A stretch of DNA of 59,165 nt. Origin: Lachnospiraceae bacterium. Its GTDB lineage: Bacteria; Bacillota; Clostridia; Lachnospirales; Lachnospiraceae. A model generated the notes under the pieces. The model worked only from the letters and a program-made list of their open reading frames with translations. It had not been told where the DNA came from and ran no database searches. Shown one piece after another: positions 7,753 to 18,807 of this stretch. The DNA is taken from contig JAFSRL010000022.1 of NCBI GenBank assembly GCA_017446125.1, positions 1 to 59,165 of the forward strand. Reading direction: 5' to 3'. Each line of letters starts with the position of its first letter. The stretch's first letter is position 1. Made by a program: the position numbers and the translations under genes.

Positions 7753-9495
7753 TTAAGATGCCTCGTCAAAGTCTCTTGCGCCGCTTGTCTGCGATTCATA
7801 AAGCTCGCGGTAAATCTCGTTATTCTCCATCAGCTCCGCATGGGTACCAAATCCGTTCACCCTGCCGTCATCCATCACGATGATCTTATCCAAATCCATC
7901 ACGGACGCGATGCGCTGCGCAATGATGAGCTTTGTCGTGTCCGGAATCTTCTCCTTAAATGCCTGCCGGATGCGGGCGTCCGTCGCCGTGTCGACCGCAG
8001 AGGTGGAGTCGTCCAGAATCAAAATCTTCGGTTTCTTTAAAAGCGCCCTTGCGATGCACAGCCGCTGCTTCTGCCCGCCGGACACGTTCGTTCCGCCCTG
8101 CTCGATTTTGGTTTCATAGCCCTTCGGGAACTGTGTGATGAATTCGTCCGCGCAGGCAAGACGCGCCGCCTCCCTGCACGCCTCCTCTGTCGCGTTCTTG
8201 TCTCCCCAGCGCAGGTTCTCGTAAATGGTGCCGGAGAACAACACGTTCTTTTGCAGCCCCACGGAAACGGCATCGCGAAGCGTTGTTAAGTCGTACGCGC
8301 GCACGTCTCTTCCGCCCACATAGACCGCACCCTCCGACACATCGTAGAGCCGGCTGATCATGTTGACCAAAGAGGTTTTCGCGCTGCCGGTCGCGCCGAT
8401 GATACCGATGGCCTGTCCCGAAGCGATTTCCAAATCAATCTCCTTGAGCACATGCTCCTCGCTGCCTTCATGATAGGAAAACGATACCTTTTGAAAGGAG
8501 ATGCTGCCGTCCTTGACTTCATAGACGGGATCTGCGGGATTTGTGATGGCACTCTTTTCCTCCATGACTTCGACAATGCGCTTTGCGCTTGCCTGCGACA
8601 TGGTGATCATGACAATGACCATCGAGACCATCATCAAGCTCATCAAAATGTTCATGCAGTAGGTGAGCAGGCTCATCAGGTCGCCGGTGGAAAGCGCGTT
8701 ACTCACAATCATGCGTGCGCCGAAATAGCTGATCAAAAGAATGCAGGTGTAGACCGTTCCCATCATGACGGGCATGACAACGGTCATGTTCTTTTCCGCC
8801 TTGACGAACATCTGATAAATGTTTTCCGCCGCCTTTTGGAACTTCGACACCTCGTAGTCCTCCCGCACAAATGCCTTGACCACGCGGATTGCGCGCACAT
8901 TCTCCTGCACGCTCTCATTCAGGGCGTCGTATTTTTCAAAGACCTGCCGGAAGTATTTTGTCACGCGCCGCATTAAGAATACGGCGACAAAGATCAAAAA
9001 GATGACCGCAACAAGATAAATGGTGGAAAGCCTTGCGGAAATCGTGAAGGAAAGCACCATCGCAATGATCATGGAGGAGGGAGCACGCATCGCCATGCGC
9101 AGAATCATCTGGTACGCGTTCTGGATATTCGTGACGTCCGTCGTGAGCCTCGTCACGAGTCCTGATGTGGAAAACTTATCGATGTTTGCAAAGGAAAAGG
9201 TCTGGATGTTGTCAAACATCGCCTTGCGTAAGTTCCTCGCAAAGCCTGCGGAGGCCTTTGCACCGAAAAACCCGCCCAGCACGCCGAACAAAAGCGCAAT
9301 CAGGGCAACGACAATCATAACGGCGCCGGTCGAAATGATGACCTGCATGTTGTGCGCGTTAATCCCGTCGTCGACAATCCGCGCCATCAGACGCGGGATT
9401 ACCATCTCCGCAATGACCTCGCCGATCATGCACACGGGTGTTAAGATGGAAACCCATTTGAATTCTTTTACTTCCGCCAGTAACCGTTTTAACAC
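7753..9495 (-). CDS. ABC exporter, fused permease/ATPase (subunit with degenerate Walker motifs; TM287/288-type heterodimer)
   Basis: GATGSAKTS, VSGGQKQR, LILDDSTS (catalytic E->D), IAQR (H->Q); GTG start. Confidence 0.92.
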   Translation of the reverse strand: MLKRLLAEVKEFKWVSILTPVCMIGEVIAEMVIPRLMARIVDDGINAHNMQVIISTGAVMIVVALIALLFGVLGGFFGAKASAGFARNLRKAMFDNIQTFSFANIDKFSTSGLVTRLTTDVTNIQNAYQMILRMAMRAPSSMIIAMVLSFTISARLSTIYLVAVIFLIFVAVFLMRRVTKYFRQVFEKYDALNESVQENVRAIRVVKAFVREDYEVSKFQKAAENIYQMFVKAEKNMTVVMPVMMGTVYTCILLISYFGARMIVSNALSTGDLMSLLTYCMNILMSLMMVSMVIVMITMSQASAKRIVEVMEEKSAITNPADPVYEVKDGSISFQKVSFSYHEGSEEHVLKEIDLEIASGQAIGIIGATGSAKTSLVNMISRLYDVSEGAVYVGGRDVRAYDLTTLRDAVSVGLQKNVLFSGTIYENLRWGDKNATEEACREAARLACADEFITQFPKGYETKIEQGGTNVSGGQKQRLCIARALLKKPKILILDDSTSAVDTATDARIRQAFKEKIPDTTKLIIAQRIASVMDLDKIIVMDDGRVNGFGTHAELMENNEIYRELYESQTSGARDFDEAS

Positions 9496-9519
9496 GCTGC
9501 CTGTCCCTGTTGTATCTCC

Positions 9520-10650
9520 TTACTGCAGAATCTTTACGGGAACCCCGTTGACTTCCACCGAACCGTTCACCTCGACGACCAGGCACTGCCGCTTGTTGAC
9601 GACCTGCGCCCTGACAAGGTCCGTCCGCTCCGGCTTCACCTTAATCTCGACGTCCGGGGTCTTCATCCCGAACTTCGTTCCGTGCTTTAAATTGCTTGCC
9701 AAAAGCGGGTAATCCTCATCGCCCGCCGTCTTCAAATAATTCTCATCGAAGGTCTTTAAGCGCGCGTCGGAAACGCCGCTGTCCTTGAACAGGCGCTTGA
9801 CATCCGCCTTCTCTAAGGTGAAGGGCTCCTTGTCCTCCTTGTGCGCCTCGATGAGCTCCTGCAAATTGTCGTGAATGTTTTTGACGGTCTCCAAGTCCGC
9901 GTCTTCCCCGACGGTATCCGTAATCAGTGCGTCAAACGTATCGCGCTGGTCGGATGCGCTCATGGGAGCGGCCGCGCCGAAGAGAAACGAAATAAATTCC
10001 GGCTGCACATCATCCGCTTTCTTTGTGTAATACAGCGCGCTGTGGATGTCCGTGTTGCGTAAATTAAACGCCGGAAACAAAAAGCCCTTGACCGGTGCGT
10101 CCACAATCCAGTCGCGCTTTCTTGCCTCAATCACCTGCTTCTTTTCGTTGAACGACAGCCCGCCCTTGGACAGCACCACCGGACAGATTGCGCACAGAAG
10201 GTACTCAAACACGTCATCGGACGCATCCTCCATTGCGATGCGGTCGCTTGTCACACCGGGGATATCATAAGAGGCGTGCGCCAAAACAATCAGGTAATTT
10301 TCCGGATGCACGAAGGACGCAATGATCTTATCGTAGAAGTTTTCCAACAGCGCATCATCGGACAGCTTCGTTTCCCGCAGGGTCATCAGAAACTCCTGCG
10401 CGCCGCCAAGCTGCTCTTCTTCGTAAGGAAAGGCAAGATCCAAAAGATTCTTGCCCGCCGTTCCGCTTAACGTATGTTGGAAAATATCGAAGTATTTGTA
10501 GGTTTCTTCTTCCGGTAGTGATTGAAATGCCTGCTTGAAGACCAGTTTTTTATTCTTCTCGTAATCCACATAGCAGCCCGCAATTGTGTCAATGGTGCAC
10601 CGATCCGGCGTAAACTGCTTGCGGATTTCTAAAACCTCCTGCTTGATCAT
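9520..10650 (-). CDS. Conserved hypothetical protein, DUF4317-like
   Basis: EVLEIRKQF..CTIDTIAGCYVD...LSGTAGKNLLDLAF...GFLFPAFNLRNTDIH resembles DUF4317 proteins (from recall). ATG 10650 overlaps the upstream stop (ATGA). Confidence 0.7.
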   Translation of the reverse strand: MIKQEVLEIRKQFTPDRCTIDTIAGCYVDYEKNKKLVFKQAFQSLPEEETYKYFDIFQHTLSGTAGKNLLDLAFPYEEEQLGGAQEFLMTLRETKLSDDALLENFYDKIIASFVHPENYLIVLAHASYDIPGVTSDRIAMEDASDDVFEYLLCAICPVVLSKGGLSFNEKKQVIEARKRDWIVDAPVKGFLFPAFNLRNTDIHSALYYTKKADDVQPEFISFLFGAAAPMSASDQRDTFDALITDTVGEDADLETVKNIHDNLQELIEAHKEDKEPFTLEKADVKRLFKDSGVSDARLKTFDENYLKTAGDEDYPLLASNLKHGTKFGMKTPDVEIKVKPERTDLVRAQVVNKRQCLVVEVNGSVEVNGVPVKILQ

Positions 10651-11270
10651 GCCGGACCTGCCGGACCCTTGACGCGGTTGAACTGATTGCACATCGCAAC
10701 CGCAAACTGCAGCGGGTACATCTGAATCATGCTTGAGGCAAGGACGCCCTCGATCTCCATGTGGAAGTTGATTCGTACGAACTCCTGGTACTTCGCCTCG
10801 AATGCCTGCTCAAAGGCAATCACGGAGTCCACGTCCACCTGCGAAACATTCGGTGTCGAAATGTCGACCGGCAGCTTTAACATCGTGGACATACTGGTTG
10901 CGGAAGCGCCCATCATCTGGTTCATGGCTTCCGACGCGGCGGAGATGTGAAGCTCTGACAACGGTCCCGCCTGCGGCTGTCCCGCGCCGCCCATCATCAA
11001 ATCCGTTAAGACCAGAACATCAATGGGACGTAAGATAAATACGTTGTTCCCGGTGATGCCCTTGACGTACTTGATGTTGACAAAGATACAGGTCTTTTCA
11101 AATCCTTCCATCGCCTTCGCTCTGGGAACGACCTGAATCTGTGGTGTTGTGATATCGACCCGCTTATTGACCATCATGCTTAAGGTCGTTGCGGAATTGC
11201 CCATGGTGATGTTGCCAATCTCACCTAATGTATCCAACTGCTGGGGATTCAGCTTTCCTTGTGTATCCAC
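10647..11270 (-). CDS. CheC-family phosphatase: FliY N-terminal-like domain without the FliN/SpoA domain
   Basis: Two CheC-type motifs, DTLGEIGNITMG and SAASEAMNQMMG, plus VDITTP, VDISTP and LTDLMMGG. GTG 11270 follows GGAGG. Confidence 0.8.
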   Translation of the reverse strand: MDTQGKLNPQQLDTLGEIGNITMGNSATTLSMMVNKRVDITTPQIQVVPRAKAMEGFEKTCIFVNIKYVKGITGNNVFILRPIDVLVLTDLMMGGAGQPQAGPLSELHISAASEAMNQMMGASATSMSTMLKLPVDISTPNVSQVDVDSVIAFEQAFEAKYQEFVRINFHMEIEGVLASSMIQMYPLQFAVAMCNQFNRVKGPAGPA

Positions 11271-11326
11271 TCCTGCCTCCAAATGTTTTTATGCGACAAA
11301 TATAATTGTATCACAATTTATTATCG

Positions 11327-11365
11327 AAAAACAGAGTGTCAGACAAAAAACTGCTGACACCCTGT
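11327..11365 (-). terminator. Rho-independent terminator after gdhA
   Basis: Minus strand ACAGGGTGTCAG...CTGACACTCTGT stem followed by a T run. Confidence 0.7.
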
Positions 11366-11394
11366 ATTTACGTTATTTCGGTAAAAAGTATACG

Positions 11395-12837
<1,443 letters not shown>

Positions 12838-12842
<5 letters not shown>

Positions 12843-14319
12843 CCGTTAAGTACTCCGCCTTCACAAATCCATCCTTACCGTCATACTTCACCTTACACCA
12901 GCCGTCCGCCTGAACGTTCACGACCTCGATGGGGTTCTTCTGGTACGCGACCGCCACGATGTCAGACTCCGTGGATGCGCTCTTGCGAACCCTCGTTGTT
13001 TCCTTCACATGGTAATCCCCGGGACCCGTGATTCCGCCCGCGGTTGTGCTTGCACCCGTACTTGCGGCACTTGCGGCGCCTGCCGAAGATGCTGACGCGG
13101 CACTCGTCCTTGTGGATGCGCTGCTTGAAGCGCTTGATGCGCTCGACGCTGTGCCTGCGCCGGTCGACGATGCACTACTCGAAGCCGTGCTTGCTCTTGA
13201 GGACGCACTGCTTGATGCGCTCGAAGCGGTACTTGCCGCACTCGAAGCCGTGCTTGCTGCCGTTGACGCGTTCGCTGCCGCAATCTCCGTGCCGCCCGGC
13301 ACCTCCTCCGTTCCGACCACCTCGAAGAACTCTGTCTTCACGAAGGCTTCCCGGCCTTCATACAGAATCTTGCTCCAGCCGTTTGCTCTCGCCTCCAACT
13401 GGGTATACTCATCACCCATCGCGGTCTTCGCAATCTTATCCGCGGTCTCGGAATCGCTGGTGCGGATGTTCACAACATCCGTCGCGCGGATGATGTTGCG
13501 TGTCGCCACCTGCGTTCCTGTGGATGCGCCGCTTCCTGCTTCCTCTAAAGGAGTTTCCTCTGATGCGGTTTCCGCGGTACCCGCTTCCTGCGCCGCAGCG
13601 ACATCCTTCGCCGCCATGTTGGTCGCAAGCGCTTCTCCCACCGTGATGTTCACGTTGCCCAGCATGCTGCTTAAGAAGGTATCCAGTGCCGCATCCTGCG
13701 CCTTCATCTCGTTATATCTTGCGGAGACCGTGTTGTAAAGATCGATGACGTCGTTCTGTAACGAAATTTCACGGATGTATTCCTTGATGTGATCGTCCGA
13801 GTTTTCCGAATTGATATACAGGGTGCCGTCCTCATCCGTGCACACGTAAAGCGCGTGTACACCGGGGACGCTTTCCGCGTAATCATGGAACTTGACGGTA
13901 ATGGAGGCATAGACCACGTAGGAGCCTTCCACGGGACCGGGCTTTGTAAAGACGTTGATTTCCGGGATGTCCTCGATGTAGTTTGCAAGCTCCACGGTCT
14001 TTAAGCGTTCCGTCTCGTCGAGCGTGCGGTACACCTTGTCGATGGCCTCCGTATCCCCCTTCGCCCAGGCTTCATAATAGGTACGGATCAGTTCGTTGAC
14101 CTCCGGATACGCGTTCTGCGCCACCTCCGTCACGGGGACCTCATACCCCGTTGCGCCCTCATTTAAGGATGCGGTTGCCGTGCCTGCCCGCTTATTCGCC
14201 TGCATCGCAAAGAACACCGTCAACGCAACGCACACCAACAGGACCGCCGGCATAATCCTCTTCTTATGATCCATGATAAAGATCATGATGTTATTCCATG
14301 TTTCGTTCTGTTTCTTCAT
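12838..14319 (-). CDS. Membrane-anchored protein with two SH3b domains and an Ala/Ser/Thr-rich linker
   Basis: N-terminal TM; VNIRTSDS...GWSKILYEGREAFVKTEF and TRVRKSAS...GWCKVKYDGKDGFVKAEYL. The ORF-track start at 14382 overlaps the tRNA, so ATG 14319 is preferred. Confidence 0.8.
13055..13275 (-). repeat. Low-complexity Ala/Ser/Thr coding repeat (ASSASS/ASTASS units)
   Basis: 19-bp direct repeat ACTCGAAGCCGTGCTTGCT at 13177-13195 and 13240-13258; GCTTGATGCGCTCGA also recurs. Confidence 0.75.
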
Positions 14320-14355
14320 AATAAATACAATCCATCCTGTTCCCTGACAGGAAAA

Positions 14356-14427
14356 TACGCCCGACAGGAATCGAACCTGCATTAAAGGCGTCGGAGGCCT
14401 TCGTTCTATCCATTAGACTACGGGCGC
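14356..14427 (-). tRNA. tRNA-Arg (anticodon CCG)
   Basis: GCGCCCGTAGTCTAATGGATAGAACGAAGGCCTCCGACGCCTTTAATGCAGGTTCGATTCCTGTCGGGCGTA: acceptor GCGCCCG/CGGGCGT, anticodon arm AAGGC-CTCCGAC-GCCTT, T-loop TTCGATT. CCA not encoded. Confidence 0.95.
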
Positions 14428-14482
14428 ATAATCACAAATCTATGATTGCCGCCCGGGGGTAACCCGGACGGCGCTTAACACC

Positions 14483-15040
14483 TTACGCTCTGGAGAGATA
14501 CTCTCCCGTTCTCGTATCAATCTTGATGACATCACCCTCGGAAACGAATAACGGAACCGCCACCTGCGCACCGGTTTCCACCGTAGCGGGCTTTGTCGCG
14601 CCGGTCGCCGTATCGCCCTTGAAGCCGGGCTCTGTCTCCGTGATTTCAAGCTCCACAAACAGCGGCGGCTCGATGGAGAACACGCTTCCGTTGTAGGAAC
14701 AGACCTTGCAGGTCTCGTTTTCCTTCACGAACTTTAAGGAATCGCCCACCACATCCTTGCCGATTGCAATCTGTTCGTAGGTCTCCGCGTCCATGAAGTT
14801 GTACAGATCCCCGTCCGCGTACAGATACTGCATGTCCTTGCGATCGATTCTCGCCTGCGGGAACTTTTCCGTGGGACGGAAGGTCTTTTCCGTCACGCCC
14901 CCGTTGATGACGTCCTTGATCTTGGTTCTGACAAACGCGGCACCCTTGCCGGGCTTCACGTGCTGGAACTCAATGATCTGGACCACATTGCCGTCGATCT
15001 CAAGCGTTACGCCGTTTCTAAAATCACCTGCAGAAATCAT
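14483..15040 (-). CDS. efp: Elongation factor P
   Basis: [33 protein letters not shown]. Confidence 0.97.
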   Translation of the reverse strand: MISAGDFRNGVTLEIDGNVVQIIEFQHVKPGKGAAFVRTKIKDVINGGVTEKTFRPTEKFPQARIDRKDMQYLYADGDLYNFMDAETYEQIAIGKDVVGDSLKFVKENETCKVCSYNGSVFSIEPPLFVELEITETEPGFKGDTATGATKPATVETGAQVAVPLFVSEGDVIKIDTRTGEYLSRA

Positions 15041-15081
15041 AAAATCTCTCCTTTAACTTAAATTGCGCAATTTACTGAAAT

Positions 15082-15110
15082 ATTCTACTCTATCGGCCTT
15101 ATTTTTTCAA
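15082..15110 (-). promoter_or_regulatory. Sigma-A promoter of efp
   Basis: TTGAAA (15110-15105), 17 bp, TAGAAT (15087-15082). Confidence 0.6.
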
Positions 15111-16300
15111 TAGCAAATTTCATCCAGAATCTTATCCGCCGCCTCGCGCTTGGTCATGACGGGCAGCTCCTTTGCGCCGTCTTTTTTCAAAAGCGTCAAG
15201 ACATTCGTGGCAGTGTCAAAGCCGGCGTCGGGATTCCGCAAGGAATTCGCGCAAATCATATCCAGGTTTTTCTTTTCGAGCTTTTGTTTTGCGTTTTCGA
15301 TCAGGTTCTCCGTCTCCATCGCAAAGCCCACCAGAATCTGTCCCTCTTTTTTGTGCTCCCCGAGGTACGCAAGAATGTCTTTCGTGCGCTCCAAAGGAAT
15401 CGCGGTCATATCGCTTCCGTCCGCGCCCTTCTTGATTTTTTCGCTTGAAACGTTTGCCGGGCGGTAATCCGCGACCGCGGCCGCCTTGATGATGATGTCG
15501 CACTCCGCGGCGTGACTTGTGACCGCATCAAACATTTCCGCCGCGCTCTCCACCTCGATGACCTTCACAAAGGGCGGCGGCGTCAGGTTCGTCTTTCCCG
15601 TGACGAGCGTCACCTGCGCCCCGCGCACATCCGCTGCCTGCGCAAGGGCGTACCCCATCTTTCCGCTGGAATGATTCGTGAGAAAGCGCACCGGATCGAG
15701 CGCCTCCCTGGTGGGTCCCGCAGTGACTAAGACGCGCTTTCCGGCAAGATCTTTTTTGCACGGAACAAAATGCTTAATCACCTCCAAAAGATCCTCCGGC
15801 TCAACCATGCGCCCCTTTCCGGAAGTCCCGCAGGCAAGAAAGCCGCTGTCAGGCTCAATGACCTCAAAGCCGTATTTTTTAAGCATTTCGATGTTGTCCT
15901 GTGTCACGGGGTTTTCGTACATGTGGGTGTTCATCGCGGGCGCGATGAGCTTTTTGCAGGTGCAGGCAAGGGTCGTGGTCGTGAGCATGTCATCCGCGAT
16001 GCCGTGGGAAAGCTTCGCAATCACGTTCGCGGTGGCGGGCGCAATGATGAGAAGGTCCGCCCAGGCGGCATTCGCGATGTGAGAGACCTTTTCACGATAC
16101 GTGCGGTCAAAGACATCCGTCGATGTCTTGTTTCCGGTTAAGTTGTCAAACACAACGGGAGAAATGAGCTTTGTCGCGTTTTCCGTCATGACGGTACGCA
16201 CTTCGGCGCCCGCCTTGACCAGCGCGGAAGCAAGCGTCGCCGTCTTGTACGCCGCAATCCCGCCGGAAACACCCAGTAAGATATGTTTTCCCTGTAACAT
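15107..16300 (-). CDS. coaBC: Phosphopantothenoylcysteine decarboxylase/synthetase
   Basis: GVSGGIAAYK, APATAN, APAMN, GFLACG, TAGPTRE..DPVRFLTNHSSGKMG, AAAVADY, VGFAMET. ATG 16300 follows GAAAGGGGG. Confidence 0.95.
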   Translation of the reverse strand: MLQGKHILLGVSGGIAAYKTATLASALVKAGAEVRTVMTENATKLISPVVFDNLTGNKTSTDVFDRTYREKVSHIANAAWADLLIIAPATANVIAKLSHGIADDMLTTTTLACTCKKLIAPAMNTHMYENPVTQDNIEMLKKYGFEVIEPDSGFLACGTSGKGRMVEPEDLLEVIKHFVPCKKDLAGKRVLVTAGPTREALDPVRFLTNHSSGKMGYALAQAADVRGAQVTLVTGKTNLTPPPFVKVIEVESAAEMFDAVTSHAAECDIIIKAAAVADYRPANVSSEKIKKGADGSDMTAIPLERTKDILAYLGEHKKEGQILVGFAMETENLIENAKQKLEKKNLDMICANSLRNPDAGFDTATNVLTLLKKDGAKELPVMTKREAADKILDEICY

Positions 16301-16326
16301 GAAAGCCCCCTTTCGCCGGATGAGGT

Positions 16327-16785
16327 TTAACGCGATTGTTTTTCGAGAATCAGCGCCGCAAGGGCGTCCATCGCATGAAGATAGCCCTCGAAGCCCTCGC
16401 CCGTAATCTGTAAGTCGCAGGCAGGCGCCGTGACGGAGAGCTTGCGCCACTCCTCGCGGGCGGAGATATCGGTAATATGCACTTCAATTATCGGTATTCC
16501 GTTAACGCTGACACTCTTTAACGCGTCATAGATGGCGTAGCTGTAATGCGTATAGGCGCCGGGATTGATGATGATGCCTTCCGTTCCGTCCCCGTAAGCC
16601 GCCTGAATCTGGTCGATGATGACGCCTTCGTGGTTCGTCTGGACGATGGTCACCTCAAAGGCGGAATCCGTGGCATGCTTTTTGATCATGCGCACAAGAT
16701 CGTCGTACGTTTCCGTCCCGTAAACATCCTTTTCCCGGATGCCCAAAAAATTCAGGTTCGGTCCGTTAATGATTAAGATTTTCAT
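16327..16785 (-). CDS. aroQ: Type II 3-dehydroquinate dehydratase
   Basis: INGPNLNFLGIRE..YG, QTNHEG, INPGAYTHYS, EVHI. Confidence 0.95.
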   Translation of the reverse strand: MKILIINGPNLNFLGIREKDVYGTETYDDLVRMIKKHATDSAFEVTIVQTNHEGVIIDQIQAAYGDGTEGIIINPGAYTHYSYAIYDALKSVSVNGIPIIEVHITDISAREEWRKLSVTAPACDLQITGEGFEGYLHAMDALAALILEKQSR

Positions 16786-16831
16786 GCTGCACCCCTTTTA
16801 TATGTTTCTCCATTTTACGCCGTTCTTGCCT

Positions 16832-17356
16832 TCAGTTGTCAAACCTTAGGTCAAAGACCCGGTCCGCAATCGTTTCCGCCGTTAAATCGTCCGTCGCGAT
16901 GATGATGTCTGAAGCCCGAAGATACGCGTTCTCCCGCTCCGCAAGCATCTTCACAATCTGTCCGTAGGGATCTGCGCCCTGCAGCAGCGGTCTTGATGCC
17001 GCTGAGCCCTTGACACGGTTGTATGCCGTTTCCGGTGTCACCTTTAGGTAGACCACCTTCCCGATTTCCTTTAACAGCGCCTGGTTTTCCTCGCGCAGCA
17101 CGGTGCCGCCGCCGGATGCCACAATCAAATGGTCCGCCTTCGCGTCCGCGATGCGCTTTAAGCACTGTGTCTCCATCTGGCGGAATGCCGCCTCCCCCTC
17201 TTCGGCAAAAATCTGCGAAATGGACTTCCCCGTCGACTTCTCGATCATCGTGTCCGTGTCCAAAAGGCGCAGGCGGTAACGGTCCGCCATAATCCGGGCG
17301 ACCGTCGACTTTCCGCTTCCCATATAGCCAATCAGTACGGTATTTGTGTTCTGCAT
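16832..17356 (-). CDS. aroK: Shikimate kinase
   Basis: GYMGSGKST, DTD..IE, GEAAFR..E, SGGG, RPLL. Confidence 0.94.
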   Translation of the reverse strand: MQNTNTVLIGYMGSGKSTVARIMADRYRLRLLDTDTMIEKSTGKSISQIFAEEGEAAFRQMETQCLKRIADAKADHLIVASGGGTVLREENQALLKEIGKVVYLKVTPETAYNRVKGSAASRPLLQGADPYGQIVKMLAERENAYLRASDIIIATDDLTAETIADRVFDLRFDN

Positions 17357-17386
17357 AACATTCCCCTTTTCGCACTATCTTAACAC

Positions 17387-17418
17387 AAAAAATAAGGTCG
17401 TGCCACACGCACGACCTT
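17387..17418 (-). terminator. Rho-independent terminator after the 17456-17854 gene
   Basis: 10-bp perfect stem AAGGTCGTGC/GCACGACCTT with a 5-nt loop, followed on the minus strand by ATTTTTT. Confidence 0.75.
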
Positions 17419-17455
17419 TGTGAAAACGGTTGTTTTGTTTGAGAAAGGAAAGGCT

Positions 17456-17854
17456 TTAGTTCAAGCGGATGACTGTGCCGTCCGCGGTATTGCTGATCAC
17501 GTTGCCCATGCTCTCCTGGGCGCTGCCCACGAAGTACTGGTACTCCTGTAAGAGTCTGTCGCCCTGCATGTCGGAGATTGCCTTCTGCATGTCAAGGGTC
17601 TCAATCTCGTTACCGAAGGAGAAATCCGAAAGGACCTTGTCACGTCCTGCGAAGGATTCCGCGATGTCACGGATGTTTGCATCCTTGCGCGGGAAGGGGG
17701 TTTCGTAGAGCTGCTGCGCAGAAGACTCAGCGTTTAATCCCTGCTGCTGTCCCTGCCCGGCTTCGAGCTTTTCCTCTTCGTCCGTAAGAGGTACGTTATA
17801 GGAGTTGTATCGCCCCAGATATGAGGGAAGTCCTGTAACGCGTTCCGCTGCCAT
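17456..17854 (-). CDS. Hypothetical protein (132 aa), monocistronic
   Basis: RBS GAAGGAG, its own terminator, plausible protein composition (LDMQKAISDMQGDRLLQEYQYFVG). No family recognised. Confidence 0.7.
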   Translation of the reverse strand: MAAERVTGLPSYLGRYNSYNVPLTDEEEKLEAGQGQQQGLNAESSAQQLYETPFPRKDANIRDIAESFAGRDKVLSDFSFGNEIETLDMQKAISDMQGDRLLQEYQYFVGSAQESMGNVISNTADGTVIRLN

Positions 17855-17896
17855 GTCTACTCCTTCCGAATAAAAACTTTGTTGGTTGCACTATAT

Positions 17897-17924
17897 ATTT
17901 CGGTTGTTCCCAACTAATACTTTA
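17897..17924 (-). promoter_or_regulatory. Putative sigma-28 (FliA/SigD) promoter
   Basis: TAAA (17924-17921), 16 bp, ACCGAAAT (17904-17897), compared with the consensus TAAA-N15/16-GCCGATAT. Confidence 0.5.
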
Positions 17925-18006
17925 CCGCAGATTGTAAAAAATGTCTACACTTTTTCGAATTTTTTTGTACGGAATATTATAAATCTATGATTGTTTTGGT
18001 GATATT

Positions 18007-18807
18007 TCACAAATTTGCCGCCCGCAGAAGCTGTTTTGTGTACTCCTGCTGCGGATTGCGGTAAACCTCGTCAACCGTTCCCTGTTCGACAATGCGCCCT
18101 TTCTGCATAATCATCACGCGGTCGCAAATCTGGTAGACCACGCGCAGGTCATGCGAAATGAACAGGATGGAGAGTCCTAAGTTTCTGTGCAGGTCATCGA
18201 GCAGCTTTAAGACCTGCGCCTGAATGGTCACGTCCAGGGCGCTCACCGGCTCGTCCGCGATGAGCAGCTTTGTGCGCCGCATGATGGCGGCTGCGATGGA
18301 GACTCTTTGGCGCTGCCCGCCCGAAAGCTCATCCGGATAGCGCTCCAAAAGATGCTCGTCAAGCTCCACCTGCGCGATGATTTCGCGCACCCGTGCGCGG
18401 CGCTCCTCCCCCGTCCACTGCTTTTTGCGGTCAACCTTTAACGGCTCCTCCAAAAGCCAGCCGATTTTCTTGGAGGGATTTAGGGAGCTGTAGGGATCCT
18501 GGAAGACCATCTGGGGCTGCCCGTGCTTTAGTAACAGCTCGCCCGTGAAATCCTTTATGATGCCGGTCGCGGTCTTTGAAAGCGTCGACTTCCCGCAGCC
18601 GGACTCTCCGCAGAGCCCTAAAATCTCGCCCTCTTTGATATGAAAGTTCACGTCATAAAGCACCTGCTTTAAGGCGTTTTGCTTAAACAAGAGCTTTGCG
18701 CGGTCGCGGTAAAAGACGTTTAAATTCGTCGCGCGCAAAACCTCACCCTCCAGGGGCGCATGCATCTTCCAGATTCCGTTCAGTTCCGTGTTTGTTTTGC
18801 CGCTCAC
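18007..18807 (-). CDS. Peptide/nickel ABC importer ATPase (OppF/DppF-like)
   Basis: [37 protein letters not shown]. Confidence 0.9.
   Translation of the reverse strand: MSGKTNTELNGIWKMHAPLEGEVLRATNLNVFYRDRAKLLFKQNALKQVLYDVNFHIKEGEILGLCGESGCGKSTLSKTATGIIKDFTGELLLKHGQPQMVFQDPYSSLNPSKKIGWLLEEPLKVDRKKQWTGEERRARVREIIAQVELDEHLLERYPDELSGGQRQRVSIAAAIMRRTKLLIADEPVSALDVTIQAQVLKLLDDLHRNLGLSILFISHDLRVVYQICDRVMIMQKGRIVEQGTVDEVYRNPQQEYTKQLLRAANL

Noticed and set aside
14343-14370. Short repeat of the tRNA 3' region (TTCCTGTC[A/G]GG on the minus strand) just downstream of tRNA-Arg, a possible att scar
   Set aside because: Only about 11 bp with a mismatch, directly adjacent, and no integrase or foreign DNA nearby.
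14320-14382. ORF-track 5' extensions of the SH3b gene (14382), coaBC (16450), ftsZ (24816), hemW (55576), the OppD-like gene (19685), the DUF4317-like gene (10692) and the 1007 start
   Set aside because: They overlap the tRNA, neighbouring genes or promoter elements. Downstream starts fit RBS, promoter or motif evidence better.
14448-14472. GC-rich hairpin between efp and the tRNA
   Set aside because: No U-tract follows it, so it is not called a terminator. It may be a stability or processing hairpin, but nothing more supports that.
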